This document shows, piece by piece, positions 1 to 10,982 of a stretch of 64,000 bases of DNA; the first letter of the stretch is position 1; each line of letters begins with the position of its first letter. The notes under the pieces were generated by a model. That model was not told the DNA's origin, did not search any database, and was given only the letters and a program-made list of their open reading frames with translations. Made by a program: the position numbers and the translations under genes. Source of the stretch: an uncultured Candidatus Saccharibacteria bacterium (GTDB lineage Bacteria; Patescibacteriota; JABMPQ01; JAQVVF01). The DNA lies in contig CAZNOH010000001.1 of the NCBI GenBank assembly GCA_964574655.1, positions 535,020-599,019 of the forward strand. The letters are read 5' to 3'.

Positions 1-1134
1 TTAAAAGCACAGAGCAATATTGATCCAATAGCTGAATATGAAAATTGCGCTACTCTATATGACAAGGATAATGAATATTTAAAAGAAAAAAATCCTAAAA
101 AGAATTGGGTTAATTATGAATATGAAGATGTTAATAGCTTTATGAATGATATTCCTAAAACTATGCAGAATGAAAAAATTTGCTATTTTAATATTGACGG
201 ACTTTACGATTTAGCTAAAGTGTGGGATTACTCTGCTGCTTCCGAAACAAATAGTTTTGATTATTCATTTAAAGGCTTTGCAGCGATCAAAACATATTTG
301 GCAGAAGAAGATCTAAATTTTAGTTTTGATTATCAAGACTTAAACAGCTTGCAAGAAAAGAGTGATTTTAATGTTTTTGTTTTTAAGGGCGATGAAAAGA
401 TTTTAGAAAAAAATATTTCTGATGATGGTAATGAAAATGGCGATGAAGTTTTTTCTGATATTAAAAATTTAAGTATTATAATTCCTAATTTGCAAGCAGG
501 TCTTTATAATATCTATCTTGACGCAAATGATGATGTTGAATTTAATTCTTTTACAACAAAACAAAAATATTGGGTTTTTGTTAATACATTGAATCTTTCT
601 GATCCTGAAAAAAGTGTCGATTTGTATTCTAATAGTGGAAATATGGCATTTACTGCTTTACATGATTCATCTCTGCAAACTATTTTAATTAATAAAGAAA
701 AAGGAATGGTTACTGAATCTGGTCCTGAATTTCAAAAAAAGGAATTGGATATCATAAAAATTGATAAGCCTTATATTTTTAGCAGAAATATTTATTCTAA
801 AATATCTTTGCCAAAAGCAGATTTAAATATTAATTTCAACAATTTAGTTTCGACAAACATTGAATCTTTACAAGCATTAAGTACAAATAATTTAGTTAAT
901 TTTTCTGATTTTGCAAAATTCAATGAAGAAAGTTGTAATTATATAATTTCAGATTATTTTGAAAAGCCTGATGAAAAAAACGGCACAATAACAGCTTCAG
1001 TTGATTTCGATGTTAAAGACTTGTTTCTTGATGAAAATAATAATTTTAATTTGTTGCTGGTATTTCCTCAATACAATCGCAATGATGCTGGTGATGTTAA
1101 AATTAGTAGAATTGATTTAAAATATAGCCGTTAA
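1..1134 (+). CDS. Hypothetical acidic Asn/Asp-rich protein, 5'-partial
   Basis: Frame is open from base 1 into the 142..1134 ORF; no recognisable motif. Confidence 0.75.
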   Translation, partial: LKAQSNIDPIAEYENCATLYDKDNEYLKEKNPKKNWVNYEYEDVNSFMNDIPKTMQNEKICYFNIDGLYDLAKVWDYSAASETNSFDYSFKGFAAIKTYLAEEDLNFSFDYQDLNSLQEKSDFNVFVFKGDEKILEKNISDDGNENGDEVFSDIKNLSIIIPNLQAGLYNIYLDANDDVEFNSFTTKQKYWVFVNTLNLSDPEKSVDLYSNSGNMAFTALHDSSLQTILINKEKGMVTESGPEFQKKELDIIKIDKPYIFSRNIYSKISLPKADLNINFNNLVSTNIESLQALSTNNLVNFSDFAKFNEESCNYIISDYFEKPDEKNGTITASVDFDVKDLFLDENNNFNLLLVFPQYNRNDAGDVKISRIDLKYSR

Positions 1135-1138
1135 AATT

Positions 1139-1567
1139 ATGGAAAAATCTGCATCAAAGTCAAATAATTATTTTGAAATATCAAAAAATATTTGCGAACA
1201 GATATTTGGAATTTTTTTGATTGGTTATTTATTTTTCTTTTTAATTGATCAAATATTTGATGATTTTGTTAGCAATTTTATCAATTTGAATTATATTCTA
1301 GCAACTGTATTAGTTTTTGGAATTCTAACTGTTTTGCTAAAAGAAAATAATGAAGTTAAAAAAGATGTTTCTGATAATCAACAAAATTCTTGGAAATATT
1401 CTATTCTTTCTTTTTTCTTGGGTTTTATTGCTGCGATTGTAATATTTATTCAAATTTTGAGCCTAGGAATTTTACTGAGCTTATTTATTTCTATAATTTC
1501 AGGATTACTGATTGCCCTAATTTCTTTTCTGCTTCTTGATTTCAAGGAATCAAAAAACGAGCTTTAA
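1139..1567 (+). CDS. Hypothetical membrane protein (about 4 TM)
   Basis: Four hydrophobic segments; 4 bp after upstream stop. Confidence 0.75.
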   Translation: MEKSASKSNNYFEISKNICEQIFGIFLIGYLFFFLIDQIFDDFVSNFINLNYILATVLVFGILTVLLKENNEVKKDVSDNQQNSWKYSILSFFLGFIAAIVIFIQILSLGILLSLFISIISGLLIALISFLLLDFKESKNEL

Positions 1568-1622
1568 AAGCTCGTAGTTTGTATTTGTGAAATTGGTGTT
1601 AAATTTGTGTAAATTAGCGATT

Positions 1623-2912
1623 CTATGCTCGGCCGATTCCAAAATATTGAAAGCCGAGTTTTTTAATTATAACAGAATTCAATAAGTTTCGCCCGTCAAT
1701 TATGATTGGCTTTTTTAATAAACTTTTAATTTTGTGAAAATCTAGATTGGCAAATTCCGGCCACTCTGTTGCGATTACTAACGCGTCAGCATTTTTCATT
1801 GCTTCATATGGATCATTTGTTATCTTAACGCCTGAATTTAAAATTTCCTTTGCATTATTATTTGCTTTTGGATCATAGGCTTTTACTCTTGCGCCGACAC
1901 CTGTCAACATTCTAATGATATCAATTGAAGCTGATTCTCTGACATCGTCAGTATTATTTTTAAAAGCAAGACCAAGAACAGCAATTCTTTTGTTTTTTAG
2001 ATTGCCAAAAATTTGTTCAAGCTTGTCAATTACTGATTGTCTCTGCCTCGTATTTACCTCAATAACTGCTTTTAACAATCTAAAATCATAGCCTTTTGTG
2101 CCGGCAATTTGATTCAGGGCTGATGTGTCTTTAGGAAAACATGATCCGCCGTAACCAATTCCAGCGCATAAAAAACTCTTGCCTATTCTCTTATCAAGAC
2201 CCATTCCATGAGAAACTTCTTTGACATCAGCATTAACTTTTTCACATAAGTTAGCAATTTCATTAATGAATGATATCTTTGTTGCTAAAAAAGCATTAGA
2301 TGCATATTTGATCATTTCTGCGCTTTGCACTGTTGTAAAAACTTTTTTACCTAAAACTTTCTTATATATTTCTTGCATTACTTTCTTAGCTTGCTTGTCA
2401 TCGCAACCCATTACAATGCGATCTGGCCTCATAAAATCAGAAACAGCATAACCTTCTTTTAAAAATTCTGGATTTGAAACTACAGCAAATTTTCCTTTGT
2501 ATGTTTTTAAAATAATATTTCTAACTTCGTTTGCTGTGCCAACTGGCACTGTACTTTTATTAATAATGACTTTGAAATCTTTAATGTTTTCACCAATTTC
2601 TTTAGCAACTGCATGGACATATTGTAAATCTGCTTTGCCGTCTTTTTTAGCTGGCGTGCCAACAGCAATAAATATCGCTTGAACATCTGGTAAAACTTTT
2701 TTTAAAGATAATTCAAAAGCTAGTTTGCCTTTCTTGACTACATCTTTAACAACTTTGTCTAGGCCTGGTTCATAGATTGGAATAATTCCCTTTTTTAATT
2801 TTGTAATTTTTTCTTTATCAATATCTACACAAGAAACTATGTGACCAACCTTTGCTAAGCAAGCGCCAGTAACAAGTCCTACATATCCTGTGCCGACAAC
2901 TGCTATTCTCAT
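1623..2912 (-). CDS. ugd: UDP-glucose/GDP-mannose 6-dehydrogenase
   Basis: GTGYVG Rossmann motif, NPEFLKEG, GYGGSCFPKD catalytic Cys. Confidence 0.95.
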   Translation of the reverse strand: MRIAVVGTGYVGLVTGACLAKVGHIVSCVDIDKEKITKLKKGIIPIYEPGLDKVVKDVVKKGKLAFELSLKKVLPDVQAIFIAVGTPAKKDGKADLQYVHAVAKEIGENIKDFKVIINKSTVPVGTANEVRNIILKTYKGKFAVVSNPEFLKEGYAVSDFMRPDRIVMGCDDKQAKKVMQEIYKKVLGKKVFTTVQSAEMIKYASNAFLATKISFINEIANLCEKVNADVKEVSHGMGLDKRIGKSFLCAGIGYGGSCFPKDTSALNQIAGTKGYDFRLLKAVIEVNTRQRQSVIDKLEQIFGNLKNKRIAVLGLAFKNNTDDVRESASIDIIRMLTGVGARVKAYDPKANNNAKEILNSGVKITNDPYEAMKNADALVIATEWPEFANLDFHKIKSLLKKPIIIDGRNLLNSVIIKKLGFQYFGIGRA

Positions 2913-2915
2913 ACA

Positions 2916-2997
2916 AGCGCTGATTTAACGCTGATTTCTAACGCTGATACAACGCTGACATGCGTTTTTATAATCAACAAGAAACAACGTTAATCAA
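2916..2997. repeat. Intergenic 9-10-mer repeat (AACGCTGAT x4) with degenerate inverted half
   Basis: agcgctgatttaacgctgatttctaacgctgatacaacgctgac. Confidence 0.7.
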
Positions 2998-3000
2998 TAA

Positions 3001-4155
3001 TTATATTTTTGCTAATTTCTTAATGTCCTTAATTTTGTCTGTTTTTTCCCAAGTAAAATCCTTATCATTTCGACCAAAGTGTCCGTAAGCTGCTGTTTTT
3101 TTATAAATTGGTCGTTTTAATTTCAAAGTTTCGATTATTCCTTCTGGAGTTAAATCAAAAACTTGTCTGATTATTTTTTCAATTTGTTCGCTACTTATTT
3201 TGGAGGTTCCGTGAGTATTGACTAAAATACTGATTGGATCAGCTACTCCGATGACATAAGCAATCTGGATTTCGCAACGATCTGCCAAGCCAGATGCAAC
3301 AATATTTTTGGCAATATATCTGGCCATATAAGAACCTGAACGATCAACCTTTGATGGATCCTTGCCAGAGAAACAACCACCGCCATGGCTTCCATGACCG
3401 CCATATGTATCGACGATAATTTTTCTACCTGTCAAACCACAGTCTGCAGGAGGACCGCCTTTGATAAATTTACCTGTAGCATTGACAAAAAATTTAGTTT
3501 TTCTTGTAAGCCATTTTTCGCAAACTGGTTTAATTACTTTTTCAATGATATCTTTTCTAATTTGAGCAAGCTTGACTTCAGGATTGTGCTGAGCAGCAAT
3601 TACAACAGTATTAATTCTTTTTGGTTTTCCGTCTTCATATTCAATAGCTACTTCGGATTTGCCATCTGGCCTTAGATAGCTAAGTGTTTTATTTTTTCTA
3701 ACTTCTGCTAATTTTTGACTAAGTTTATGAGCTAGAATAATTGGAAGAGGCATTAATTCTGGCGTTTCGTTTGTAGCGTAACCGAACATTAATCCTTGAT
3801 CGCCTGCTCCTTGTTTTTTCTTTTTAGTTTTGTTGACACCAATTGCGATGTCAGGACTTTGTTCATCTATGCTAACAATGATACCGCAGTCATCATGATG
3901 AAAACCGTAATCATGTTTCGTATATCCAATCTCTTTAATTGTTTTTCTAGCAATTTTTGCAATGTCAACATAGGCTTTTGTTGTAATCTCGCCAGCAACA
4001 ACAACTAATCCTGTTGTGACTAAAGTTTCACAACCAACTCTTGAATCTGGATCTTGTTTTAATAATTCATCTAGAATTGAATCTGAAATTTGATCTGCTA
4101 CTTTGTCAGGATGACCCTCTGTTACTGATTCGGATGTAAAGATGTACTTGTTCAT
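3001..4155 (-). CDS. metK: S-adenosylmethionine synthetase
   Basis: [35 protein letters not shown]. Confidence 0.98.
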   Translation of the reverse strand: MNKYIFTSESVTEGHPDKVADQISDSILDELLKQDPDSRVGCETLVTTGLVVVAGEITTKAYVDIAKIARKTIKEIGYTKHDYGFHHDDCGIIVSIDEQSPDIAIGVNKTKKKKQGAGDQGLMFGYATNETPELMPLPIILAHKLSQKLAEVRKNKTLSYLRPDGKSEVAIEYEDGKPKRINTVVIAAQHNPEVKLAQIRKDIIEKVIKPVCEKWLTRKTKFFVNATGKFIKGGPPADCGLTGRKIIVDTYGGHGSHGGGCFSGKDPSKVDRSGSYMARYIAKNIVASGLADRCEIQIAYVIGVADPISILVNTHGTSKISSEQIEKIIRQVFDLTPEGIIETLKLKRPIYKKTAAYGHFGRNDKDFTWEKTDKIKDIKKLAKI

Positions 4156-4175
4156 TATTTTAAGTTAATTTATTT

Positions 4176-5099
4176 TTATTTACTTTTAAACCATTCATAA
4201 GTCATTTTAAGCCCGTCTTCTAATTTTACTTTTGGCTCCCAATTTAATTCTTGTTTAATCTTTGTGTTGTCTATGGCACTTGTTTTTTGATCACCTAGTC
4301 TTGCCTCTCCATGTTTTTCAGAAATACTTTGACCTGAAATTTTGGTTAGATTCTGAAAGATAGCATTAATATCTGTTTGAATTCCTGTGCCGACATTATA
4401 AATATTTTGTGATTTTTCGCTTTTTAAAGCTAGCAGATTTGCGTTTGCAACATCTTTGACAAAAACATAGTCTCTTGTACATTTGCCATCGCCGTTGATT
4501 ATTGGTTGTTCATTATTCACAATCTTTTGGCAAAAAATTGCAACAACTCCTGCTTCACCAAAAGGATCTTGCTTTGGACCATAAACATTGGCATAACGTA
4601 GAATAGTATAGTTTAACTTATTTAGAAAATTGAAGCAATATAAATATTTTTCAACGGCTAATTTTGTGACACCATAAGGAGAGACAGGTTTTGCTTCGTA
4701 ATTCTCTGGAGTTGGTAAAACATCAGCATCGCCATAAAGAGCGCCGCCTGTTGAAGCGAAAATTAGCTTTTTGATATTATGTTTTATTGCTAATTTAAAA
4801 ATATTTATTGATCCTAAAATATTATTTTCAGCATCACTGATTGGATCTTTGACAGATTCTGGGACTGAGGCATGAGCTGCCTGATGGCAAATGTATTCTG
4901 GCTTTTCTTGTTCGAAAATCTTTTCTATTTCATCAAAATTCTTAATATCTGCTTGATAAAATTTTGCTTTTTCATTTAAGTTTTCTTTTTTGCCAGTTGA
5001 TAAATTATCAATAATAACTACCTCATTGTTTTCTTCAATTAGTTTATCAGCAATGTGCGAGCCAATAAACCCCGCACCACCTGTAATTAATATTTTCAT
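4176..5099 (-). CDS. NAD-dependent nucleotide-sugar epimerase (GalE-like)
   Basis: GGAGFIG, YGVTK (YxxxK), RYANVYGP. Confidence 0.9.
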   Translation of the reverse strand: MKILITGGAGFIGSHIADKLIEENNEVVIIDNLSTGKKENLNEKAKFYQADIKNFDEIEKIFEQEKPEYICHQAAHASVPESVKDPISDAENNILGSINIFKLAIKHNIKKLIFASTGGALYGDADVLPTPENYEAKPVSPYGVTKLAVEKYLYCFNFLNKLNYTILRYANVYGPKQDPFGEAGVVAIFCQKIVNNEQPIINGDGKCTRDYVFVKDVANANLLALKSEKSQNIYNVGTGIQTDINAIFQNLTKISGQSISEKHGEARLGDQKTSAIDNTKIKQELNWEPKVKLEDGLKMTYEWFKSK

Positions 5100-5140
5100 A
5101 GTTTTATTTTTATGGTTAAAGATTAAAGATAATAGTAATT

Positions 5141-6502
5141 TTATATTTTGACCTTTTTTCCTGTTTCATGCATTTTTCTAATCTTATAGGGCGCACCGAT
5201 TACGTTCTCATATTTATATCCCATTTTTTCAAACATTTCTTTTGAGATTGGCCTTTTCTTGCCATATTCAACGACGTATAAATTTTCAGCGCCATCTTTA
5301 ATTAGTGTTCCGTCTCTAAATAAAACTGGACTGCCTGTTTTTAATTTGTTTAATGTCTGTTGAGATACTGCAACTAAATTATTTGGATCAAATTGATTAT
5401 TATAAATTATATTACTAATGATCGACCTTTTTTGGCTATTTTCTAATAAATATTTTATATTAGATTTTTTTTCATAGACAACAGTACCATCGATTGGAAA
5501 AACTGTGATTTTTGTAATACGTGAGCCTTTTTTGTAGAATTTTTTTCCGTTGGCATCAATTGGTTGAGCGTTTTTTTTATGATATCCGAGTATTTTAAAT
5601 ACTTTTTCTGATTGAAAGCGCCTAATAGTTTGATGACTAATAATAAAATAATTATTGTTTTGATCATACAATAATGTGCCATCTGGAAAAATTGTTGGTT
5701 TGCCGGTTAAATACTTGTCTTGACCTGTTGAAATTGTTATTGCTTGGGTCTCTTTATATTTTGATGCAAACGTAATTCTGTCAGAAAGAAAAGGCTTTTT
5801 CTTTTCATTTTGCAAAATGTAAAGAGTATTGTCGCCTTCTACTTTTAATAAGGTTCCATTTGGATAGTAATTTGCAAACCAATTTGTCCAAATCTGCCAG
5901 AACAGAAAATTGCCGTTGCCTGAGTCATCAATAGTTGCACCTTTGCCTGCTCCAGCATGTGGAGTGTAATTATATAATCCGGCTGTTGCATCATTCTTCG
6001 GAGTGATAGTGTAGCCGTCTGAAGTTGTTTTTGTGACTCCTTTTTGATAGCCATAGTATTCTGGATGATCAATGTACTGTCTGAATTGCCAAGTAGCACT
6101 GTCAATTTGCTTGAAAACGCCTTGATATTTGTATTGGATAGGATTAAATCGATCAAATACAGCATAGCCCATTAAATATTTCTTTTGATAATCTGTTAAA
6201 CTTGAATCAGTGATTGCACTTTGTTCTTTTTGAGCTGTAGCAATTATTAATTTCGGATTTATTTCATATTTTTGCGCTGAATCATAAATAATTTTTGCAA
6301 CGCTTTTGCCATTATATTTTAGCACTGCCAATTCACTTCCTTTTTTAATCAAGAATTTTTGGATTGCTGATTTTGTAAGTGATTTGGAATTTGTATATTC
6401 TTCATCTGTTAAAACATTGTCTGGATTAAAATATGCAGCCATTGAATTATGGGCTGAGATAAAAAAAAGGAATAGTGCGACAATTATTGTTTTTGTTTTC
6501 AT
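5141..6502 (-). CDS. Secreted protein: putative lysozyme-like N-terminal domain plus repeated PxGTL beta-modules
   Basis: Signal peptide; INPKLIIATAQKEQS and LYNYTPH motifs; repeats YPNGTLLK, FPDGTLLY, IDGTVVY, FRDGTLIK. Confidence 0.6.
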   Translation of the reverse strand: MKTKTIIVALFLFFISAHNSMAAYFNPDNVLTDEEYTNSKSLTKSAIQKFLIKKGSELAVLKYNGKSVAKIIYDSAQKYEINPKLIIATAQKEQSAITDSSLTDYQKKYLMGYAVFDRFNPIQYKYQGVFKQIDSATWQFRQYIDHPEYYGYQKGVTKTTSDGYTITPKNDATAGLYNYTPHAGAGKGATIDDSGNGNFLFWQIWTNWFANYYPNGTLLKVEGDNTLYILQNEKKKPFLSDRITFASKYKETQAITISTGQDKYLTGKPTIFPDGTLLYDQNNNYFIISHQTIRRFQSEKVFKILGYHKKNAQPIDANGKKFYKKGSRITKITVFPIDGTVVYEKKSNIKYLLENSQKRSIISNIIYNNQFDPNNLVAVSQQTLNKLKTGSPVLFRDGTLIKDGAENLYVVEYGKKRPISKEMFEKMGYKYENVIGAPYKIRKMHETGKKVKI

Positions 6503-6518
6503 TTTTTATTTAATATAA

Positions 6519-6617
6519 TACAAATAAACGTACGAATAATGCAAATGATACGAATTACGAATCGACGAATTTGCAATTCGCAACATTCGCATTATTCGTA
6601 TTTTCATTCGTATTTTG
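6519..6617. repeat. Intergenic inverted repeat of ACGAAT/ATTCGY units
   Basis: tacgaat/tgcaaat units followed by attcgc/attcgt units. Confidence 0.75.
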
Positions 6618-7496
6618 TTAAAATAATGTTTTTTCGTTGGCAATTTTTATCAAATACTGGCCATACTGATTTTTGCTAAGAGGTTCAGCTAATTTTAGCA
6701 ATTGTTTTTTATTAATATAGCCATTGCTGAAAGCAATTTCTTCAAGACATGAAACTTTTAGTCCTTGTCTTTTTTCAATAGTTTGAATGAAATTTGATGC
6801 ATCTAAAAGACTTTCATGAGTGCCGGTATCTAACCAAGCGAATCCACGTCCTAGCATTTCTAGTTTTAATTTTTTTTCATTCAAATATAATCTGTTTAAA
6901 TCTGTTATTTCCAACTCACCTCTTGGCGATGGTTTTAATGATTTAGCTTTTTTAACTACGCTATTATCGTAAAAATAAAGTCCGGTAATTGCATAATTTG
7001 ATTTTGGATGTTCTGGTTTTTCTTCAATGCTCAAAACTTTGCCTTTTTTATCAAATTCAGCGATACCATATCTTTCTGGATCGTTAACATAATAGCCAAA
7101 AATTACTGCACCTTTTTTTATGCGAGCTGCTTTTCTCAGCATATCTTGAAAACCGTGACCATAAAATACATTATCGCCTAAAATTAGACTGACACTATCT
7201 TTGCCGATGAATTTTTCACCAATTATAAATGCTTGCGCCAATCCATCTGGAGATGGTTGAATTGCATAAGAAATTTTTAGGCCAAACTTTTTTCCATTGC
7301 CTAATAAATCTTTATAAGTACTGATGTCTCTTGGAGTTGAAATGATTAAAATTTCGCGTATCCCTGACAGCATTAAAATAGACAAAGGGTAATAAATCAT
7401 CGGCTTGTCGTAAATCGGCATGATCTGTTTTGAGATGCTCTGGGTGAGCGGATATAATCTTGTTCCTGATCCTCCTGCTAGAATAATGCCTTTCAT
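6618..7496 (-). CDS. rmlA: Glucose-1-phosphate thymidylyltransferase
   Basis: [26 protein letters not shown]. Confidence 0.97.
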   Translation of the reverse strand: MKGIILAGGSGTRLYPLTQSISKQIMPIYDKPMIYYPLSILMLSGIREILIISTPRDISTYKDLLGNGKKFGLKISYAIQPSPDGLAQAFIIGEKFIGKDSVSLILGDNVFYGHGFQDMLRKAARIKKGAVIFGYYVNDPERYGIAEFDKKGKVLSIEEKPEHPKSNYAITGLYFYDNSVVKKAKSLKPSPRGELEITDLNRLYLNEKKLKLEMLGRGFAWLDTGTHESLLDASNFIQTIEKRQGLKVSCLEEIAFSNGYINKKQLLKLAEPLSKNQYGQYLIKIANEKTLF

Positions 7497-7516
7497 ATAT
7501 TTAGTGTTATCGCTAA

Positions 7517-7649
7517 AAATTCAAAACTCTAAATCCTAAATTCTAAATAAACTCAAATTTCCAAAATCAAAATGCTAAACTTGACGATGGTTTTCTTTAT
7601 TTTGAATTTAGAATTTATAATTTATTTAGAGTTTAGGATTTAGGATTTT
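7517..7649. repeat. 7-nt-periodic long hairpin (YYCTAAA / TTTAGRR)
   Basis: ctctaaa tcctaaa ttctaaa ... tttagag tttagga tttagga; overlaps rmlD 3' end. Confidence 0.8.
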
Positions 7650-8472
7650 CTAGGTAGTCTGCTAATGCTTCTTTCCAATTCCTCATTGCTGGTAATTTTG
7701 TATTAATAAGTGCCGAATATTCTGGTCTTTTAGCAGGTCTTGGAAATTCAGAAGTTTTGCATGGCGTAACTTTTATTTTTATGCCTTTAATTTTAAATAT
7801 TTCGTTAGCAAAATCAAACCATGTAGCCTCGCCTTCATTAGTGACATGATAGATGCCTGGCGCTAACTTTTTATCTAGAATTTCTTTTGTTCTTTTGGCT
7901 AAATCAACAGTATATGTTGGTTTGCCATGCTGATCGTTTACTACCTTCAAAGTATCATTTTCTTTGGCTAATTGCAACATTGTATCAACAAAGTTTTTGC
8001 CATTTTTGCCATAAAGCCAGGCTGTTCTTAAAATATAATATTTCTTACAATTATTTTTAATTAATTTTTCTCCCAATGCTTTTGTTTTGCCATAAGCATT
8101 GATTGGATCTACTTTATTATAGTTTTCACGATAGCCATCTTTTTTTAGGCCATTAAAGATATAGTCAGTACTATAATGAAAAAAAGGAATTTTTAATTTA
8201 TTGCAAGCCTTGGCTAAATTACCTGGACCAATACCATTTACTTTTTTAGCAATTGCTTTTTTGTCTTTGTCTTCACAGCCGTCAACATCTGTAAAAGCAG
8301 CACAATTGATTATTGCATCTGGATTTAATTTAGCAACAATTTTGTTGACCATTTTGGCATTGGTAATGTCTAGTTCCTCGCGATCATATTTAATTAACTC
8401 GTTATCTTTTTCTAGTAAGACGCATAAATCTTTACCTAGCATGCCTCGAGCACCGGTTATTAATATTTTCAT
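7633..8472 (-). CDS. rmlD: dTDP-4-dehydrorhamnose reductase
   Basis: GARGMLG, STDYIF, YGKTK, RPAKRP. Confidence 0.95.
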   Translation of the reverse strand: MKILITGARGMLGKDLCVLLEKDNELIKYDREELDITNAKMVNKIVAKLNPDAIINCAAFTDVDGCEDKDKKAIAKKVNGIGPGNLAKACNKLKIPFFHYSTDYIFNGLKKDGYRENYNKVDPINAYGKTKALGEKLIKNNCKKYYILRTAWLYGKNGKNFVDTMLQLAKENDTLKVVNDQHGKPTYTVDLAKRTKEILDKKLAPGIYHVTNEGEATWFDFANEIFKIKGIKIKVTPCKTSEFPRPAKRPEYSALINTKLPAMRNWKEALADYLENPKS

Positions 8473-8493
8473 AGTTTTTAATTAATCGTAAAA

Positions 8494-8606
8494 AACAAAT
8501 TCCAAATTCCAAACAAATTGCAAACCACAAATTACAAAAATTTTAGTAAATAGTTTTGTGTTTTGTAATTTAGAATTTGTTTGGTATTTGTGATTTGTGA
8601 TTTCGA
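8494..8606. repeat. 7-nt-periodic long hairpin (TTCCAAA / TTTGTGA)
   Basis: ttccaaa ttccaaa caaa ttgcaaa ... tttg tttggta tttgtga tttgtga. Confidence 0.8.
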
Positions 8607-8609
8607 AAA

Positions 8610-9626
8610 TTATCTTTGGACATATTGCTTTTTGTAATAATTCAAGTACTCACCAGTCTTAATTTTTTTCCACCAATCTAAATTATTTTTGTACCAAGAA
8701 ATAGTTTGAGCAATACCTGAATCAAAAGAATACATAGGCTCCCAGCCTAATTCTGCTTTTATTTTTGCAACATCAACTGCGTAACGGCGATCATGACCAG
8801 CGCGATCTTTGACATATTCAATTGATTTTTCGTCTTTATTGCAAGCGCTAACGATTCTTTTTGTTAAATCTAAATTTGGAATTTCTGGATTTTGATTTGC
8901 ACCAATATTATAAATCTCTCCGTCCTTGCCCTTATGCAAAACTAAATCAATCGCAAAACAATGATCATCAACGTGCAACCAATCACGAATTTGCTGACCA
9001 TCGCCATAGACAGGGACAGTCTTGCCTTCTAAAAGATTTGTAATAAATAATGGAATAATTTTTTCTGGATATTGGTAAGGTCCATAATTATTAGTGCATC
9101 TTGTAATCATTACTGGCAAGTTGTAAGTTCTGCTGAATGCTAAAACTTGCAAGTCTCCGCCAGCTTTTGAGGCAGCATATGGTGATGACGGCCTTAGAAG
9201 ATCTGTTTCTTTGGCAAATCCACCATTATCAAAATCACCATAAACTTCATCTGTTGAAATTTGAATATAGCGCTTTATATTATGATCTTTGACAGCATTA
9301 AGTAAAATGTGAGTGCCAAAAACATCCGTATTAATAAAATCACCAGGATTCATAATTGACCGGTCAACATGCGTCTCTGCGGCAAAGTTAATGATGCTAT
9401 CTGGCTTTTGGACTGAAATTAAACTATTGACTAATTTGTCATCAGCAATATCACCTTTGAAAAATTGATAACGAGGATCTTTATCAATGCCTTTTAAATT
9501 TTCAAAATTACCAGCATAAGTAACTTTGTCAAAATTTACAATTTGATAACTTTCATATTTTGCAAGCATGTAGCGAATAAAATTGCTACCGATAAAACCT
9601 AGACCTCCTGTAATTAGGATTTTCAT
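8610..9626 (-). CDS. rmlB: dTDP-glucose 4,6-dehydratase
   Basis: GGLGFIG, AAETHVDRSI, STDEVYG, YAASK, DRAGHDRRY. Confidence 0.97.
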   Translation of the reverse strand: MKILITGGLGFIGSNFIRYMLAKYESYQIVNFDKVTYAGNFENLKGIDKDPRYQFFKGDIADDKLVNSLISVQKPDSIINFAAETHVDRSIMNPGDFINTDVFGTHILLNAVKDHNIKRYIQISTDEVYGDFDNGGFAKETDLLRPSSPYAASKAGGDLQVLAFSRTYNLPVMITRCTNNYGPYQYPEKIIPLFITNLLEGKTVPVYGDGQQIRDWLHVDDHCFAIDLVLHKGKDGEIYNIGANQNPEIPNLDLTKRIVSACNKDEKSIEYVKDRAGHDRRYAVDVAKIKAELGWEPMYSFDSGIAQTISWYKNNLDWWKKIKTGEYLNYYKKQYVQR

Positions 9627-9648
9627 AATATTAAATTAGTTTTTGTTT

Positions 9649-9773
9649 AATAAATAATTACCAAGAAACAAGATACAAACAAATTAGAATATTCAATAAT
9701 CAAACCTTTTCGACGGACGAGTTTGGTTATTTTAATTTGAAATTTGTTTGTTTCTTGTCTCTTGGTTATTTAT
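9649..9773. repeat. 7-nt-periodic long hairpin (ACCAAGAAACAAG type)
   Basis: taccaag aaacaag atacaaa caaa ... tttg tttgttt cttgtct cttggtt; near-copy at 52377. Confidence 0.8.
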
Positions 9774-9774
9774 T

Positions 9775-10185
9775 TTATAATACTTTTTTAATTTTCTTAA
9801 TAATTTTTTCAGCTTCTGTTGCTCGGTATCCTTGTCTTTGTGGCCAAAGCTTTAAACCATCTTTCGCTAATCTTGGAATAACATGAAAATGGACATGATT
9901 AATTTTTTGGCCAGCAACTTTGCCATTATTTATGCTCAAGTTAAATCCTTTAACTTTCAGGCTTTTCATAATTGCCTTGCCGACTTTTTTAGAAACTAAA
10001 ATCATTTCTGACAATACTTTGTCTTGAACATCAACCATTGTATCAAAATGCTTTTTAGTGACAACTAAAATATGTCCAGGATTTACTGGCATAATATCTA
10101 AAATTGCCATCAAATTTTTATTCTCAAAAATGATGTCTGATGGAATTTCCTTTTTTGCTATTTTACAAAAAATACAATCTTTCAT
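9775..10185 (-). CDS. HIT family nucleotide hydrolase
   Basis: DCIFCKI, PGHILV, HVHFHVIPR histidine triad. Confidence 0.95.
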   Translation of the reverse strand: MKDCIFCKIAKKEIPSDIIFENKNLMAILDIMPVNPGHILVVTKKHFDTMVDVQDKVLSEMILVSKKVGKAIMKSLKVKGFNLSINNGKVAGQKINHVHFHVIPRLAKDGLKLWPQRQGYRATEAEKIIKKIKKVL

Positions 10186-10188
10186 AAA

Positions 10189-10668
10189 TTATAATTTTGC
10201 CCAATTAAAACCAATCTTTGGATCATTGTGCGGGATTCTTTGTTCGTCTGGCTTTTTAGGATTATACGGTCTCGTTGTATGATAAAAAAGCAAAACTGGT
10301 TTTCTTCCTTGCGCTTTATAGCCATGAGCAACGCCGATTGGAATTAAAACTAGCTTTGGATCTTTTTCTGCATTGCATTCGATGATTTGAGTATTACCAA
10401 AAGTTTTTGATTTTTTGCGAGTGTCATATAAAACAATAGTTGCCTTACCTGTTGCAAAAAACCAAAGATCGTCTTGTTTTTTGTGCCAGTGAAAAGCTTT
10501 GATTGTGCCTGGGTGCGCAACTGTAAAAGTTGTTTGACCAAACTTGGTTAATAACTTTTCATCTGCTCGTAGAATTTCCATTAAATGCCCTGCCTTTACT
10601 TTTTTCTGATCTAAGTCTGGCTGATCTTTCCAAATTTTTATTTGTTTGATTCTCACTCCGCTTATCAT
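10189..10668 (-). CDS. dTDP-4-dehydrorhamnose 3,5-epimerase family (RmlC/SpsL-like cupin)
   Basis: IKAFHWHKKQDD, IPIGVAHGY, DPKIGFNW; sits in the rml cluster. Confidence 0.88.
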   Translation of the reverse strand: MISGVRIKQIKIWKDQPDLDQKKVKAGHLMEILRADEKLLTKFGQTTFTVAHPGTIKAFHWHKKQDDLWFFATGKATIVLYDTRKKSKTFGNTQIIECNAEKDPKLVLIPIGVAHGYKAQGRKPVLLFYHTTRPYNPKKPDEQRIPHNDPKIGFNWAKL

Positions 10669-10982
10669 AACATTTGACAGTTAATAGTTGACAATTAACA
10701 ATTAAATAAACTGCTAATGTTGCTGTTAACCAAATTTTATTTTCTTATAACTTATTCAGCCATGTTTTAGCTTATTTAAAGTATAAAACATATTTATCAA
10801 CAGGGCTAGATTATTTTTCATTATTCTTCTTTTTTAATTCTCGTGTAATATAAAAGCAGGGTGACATAGAAGCGCCACACCTGCTTTAAGGAGATGAACT
10901 CGATTTTGGAGTTTATCTCCTGAAATATAATTTTAATACTTTAAACTTAAAATTAGCTTAAAATTACATTTCAGGAAATAAT

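Noticed and set aside
4156-4175. SAM riboswitch before metK
   Set aside because: Only 20 bp separate metK from the upstream gene
7517-9773. Integron attC sites between rml genes
   Set aside because: No consistent RYYYAAC/GTTRRRY ends and no integron integrase; kept only as a structural analogy
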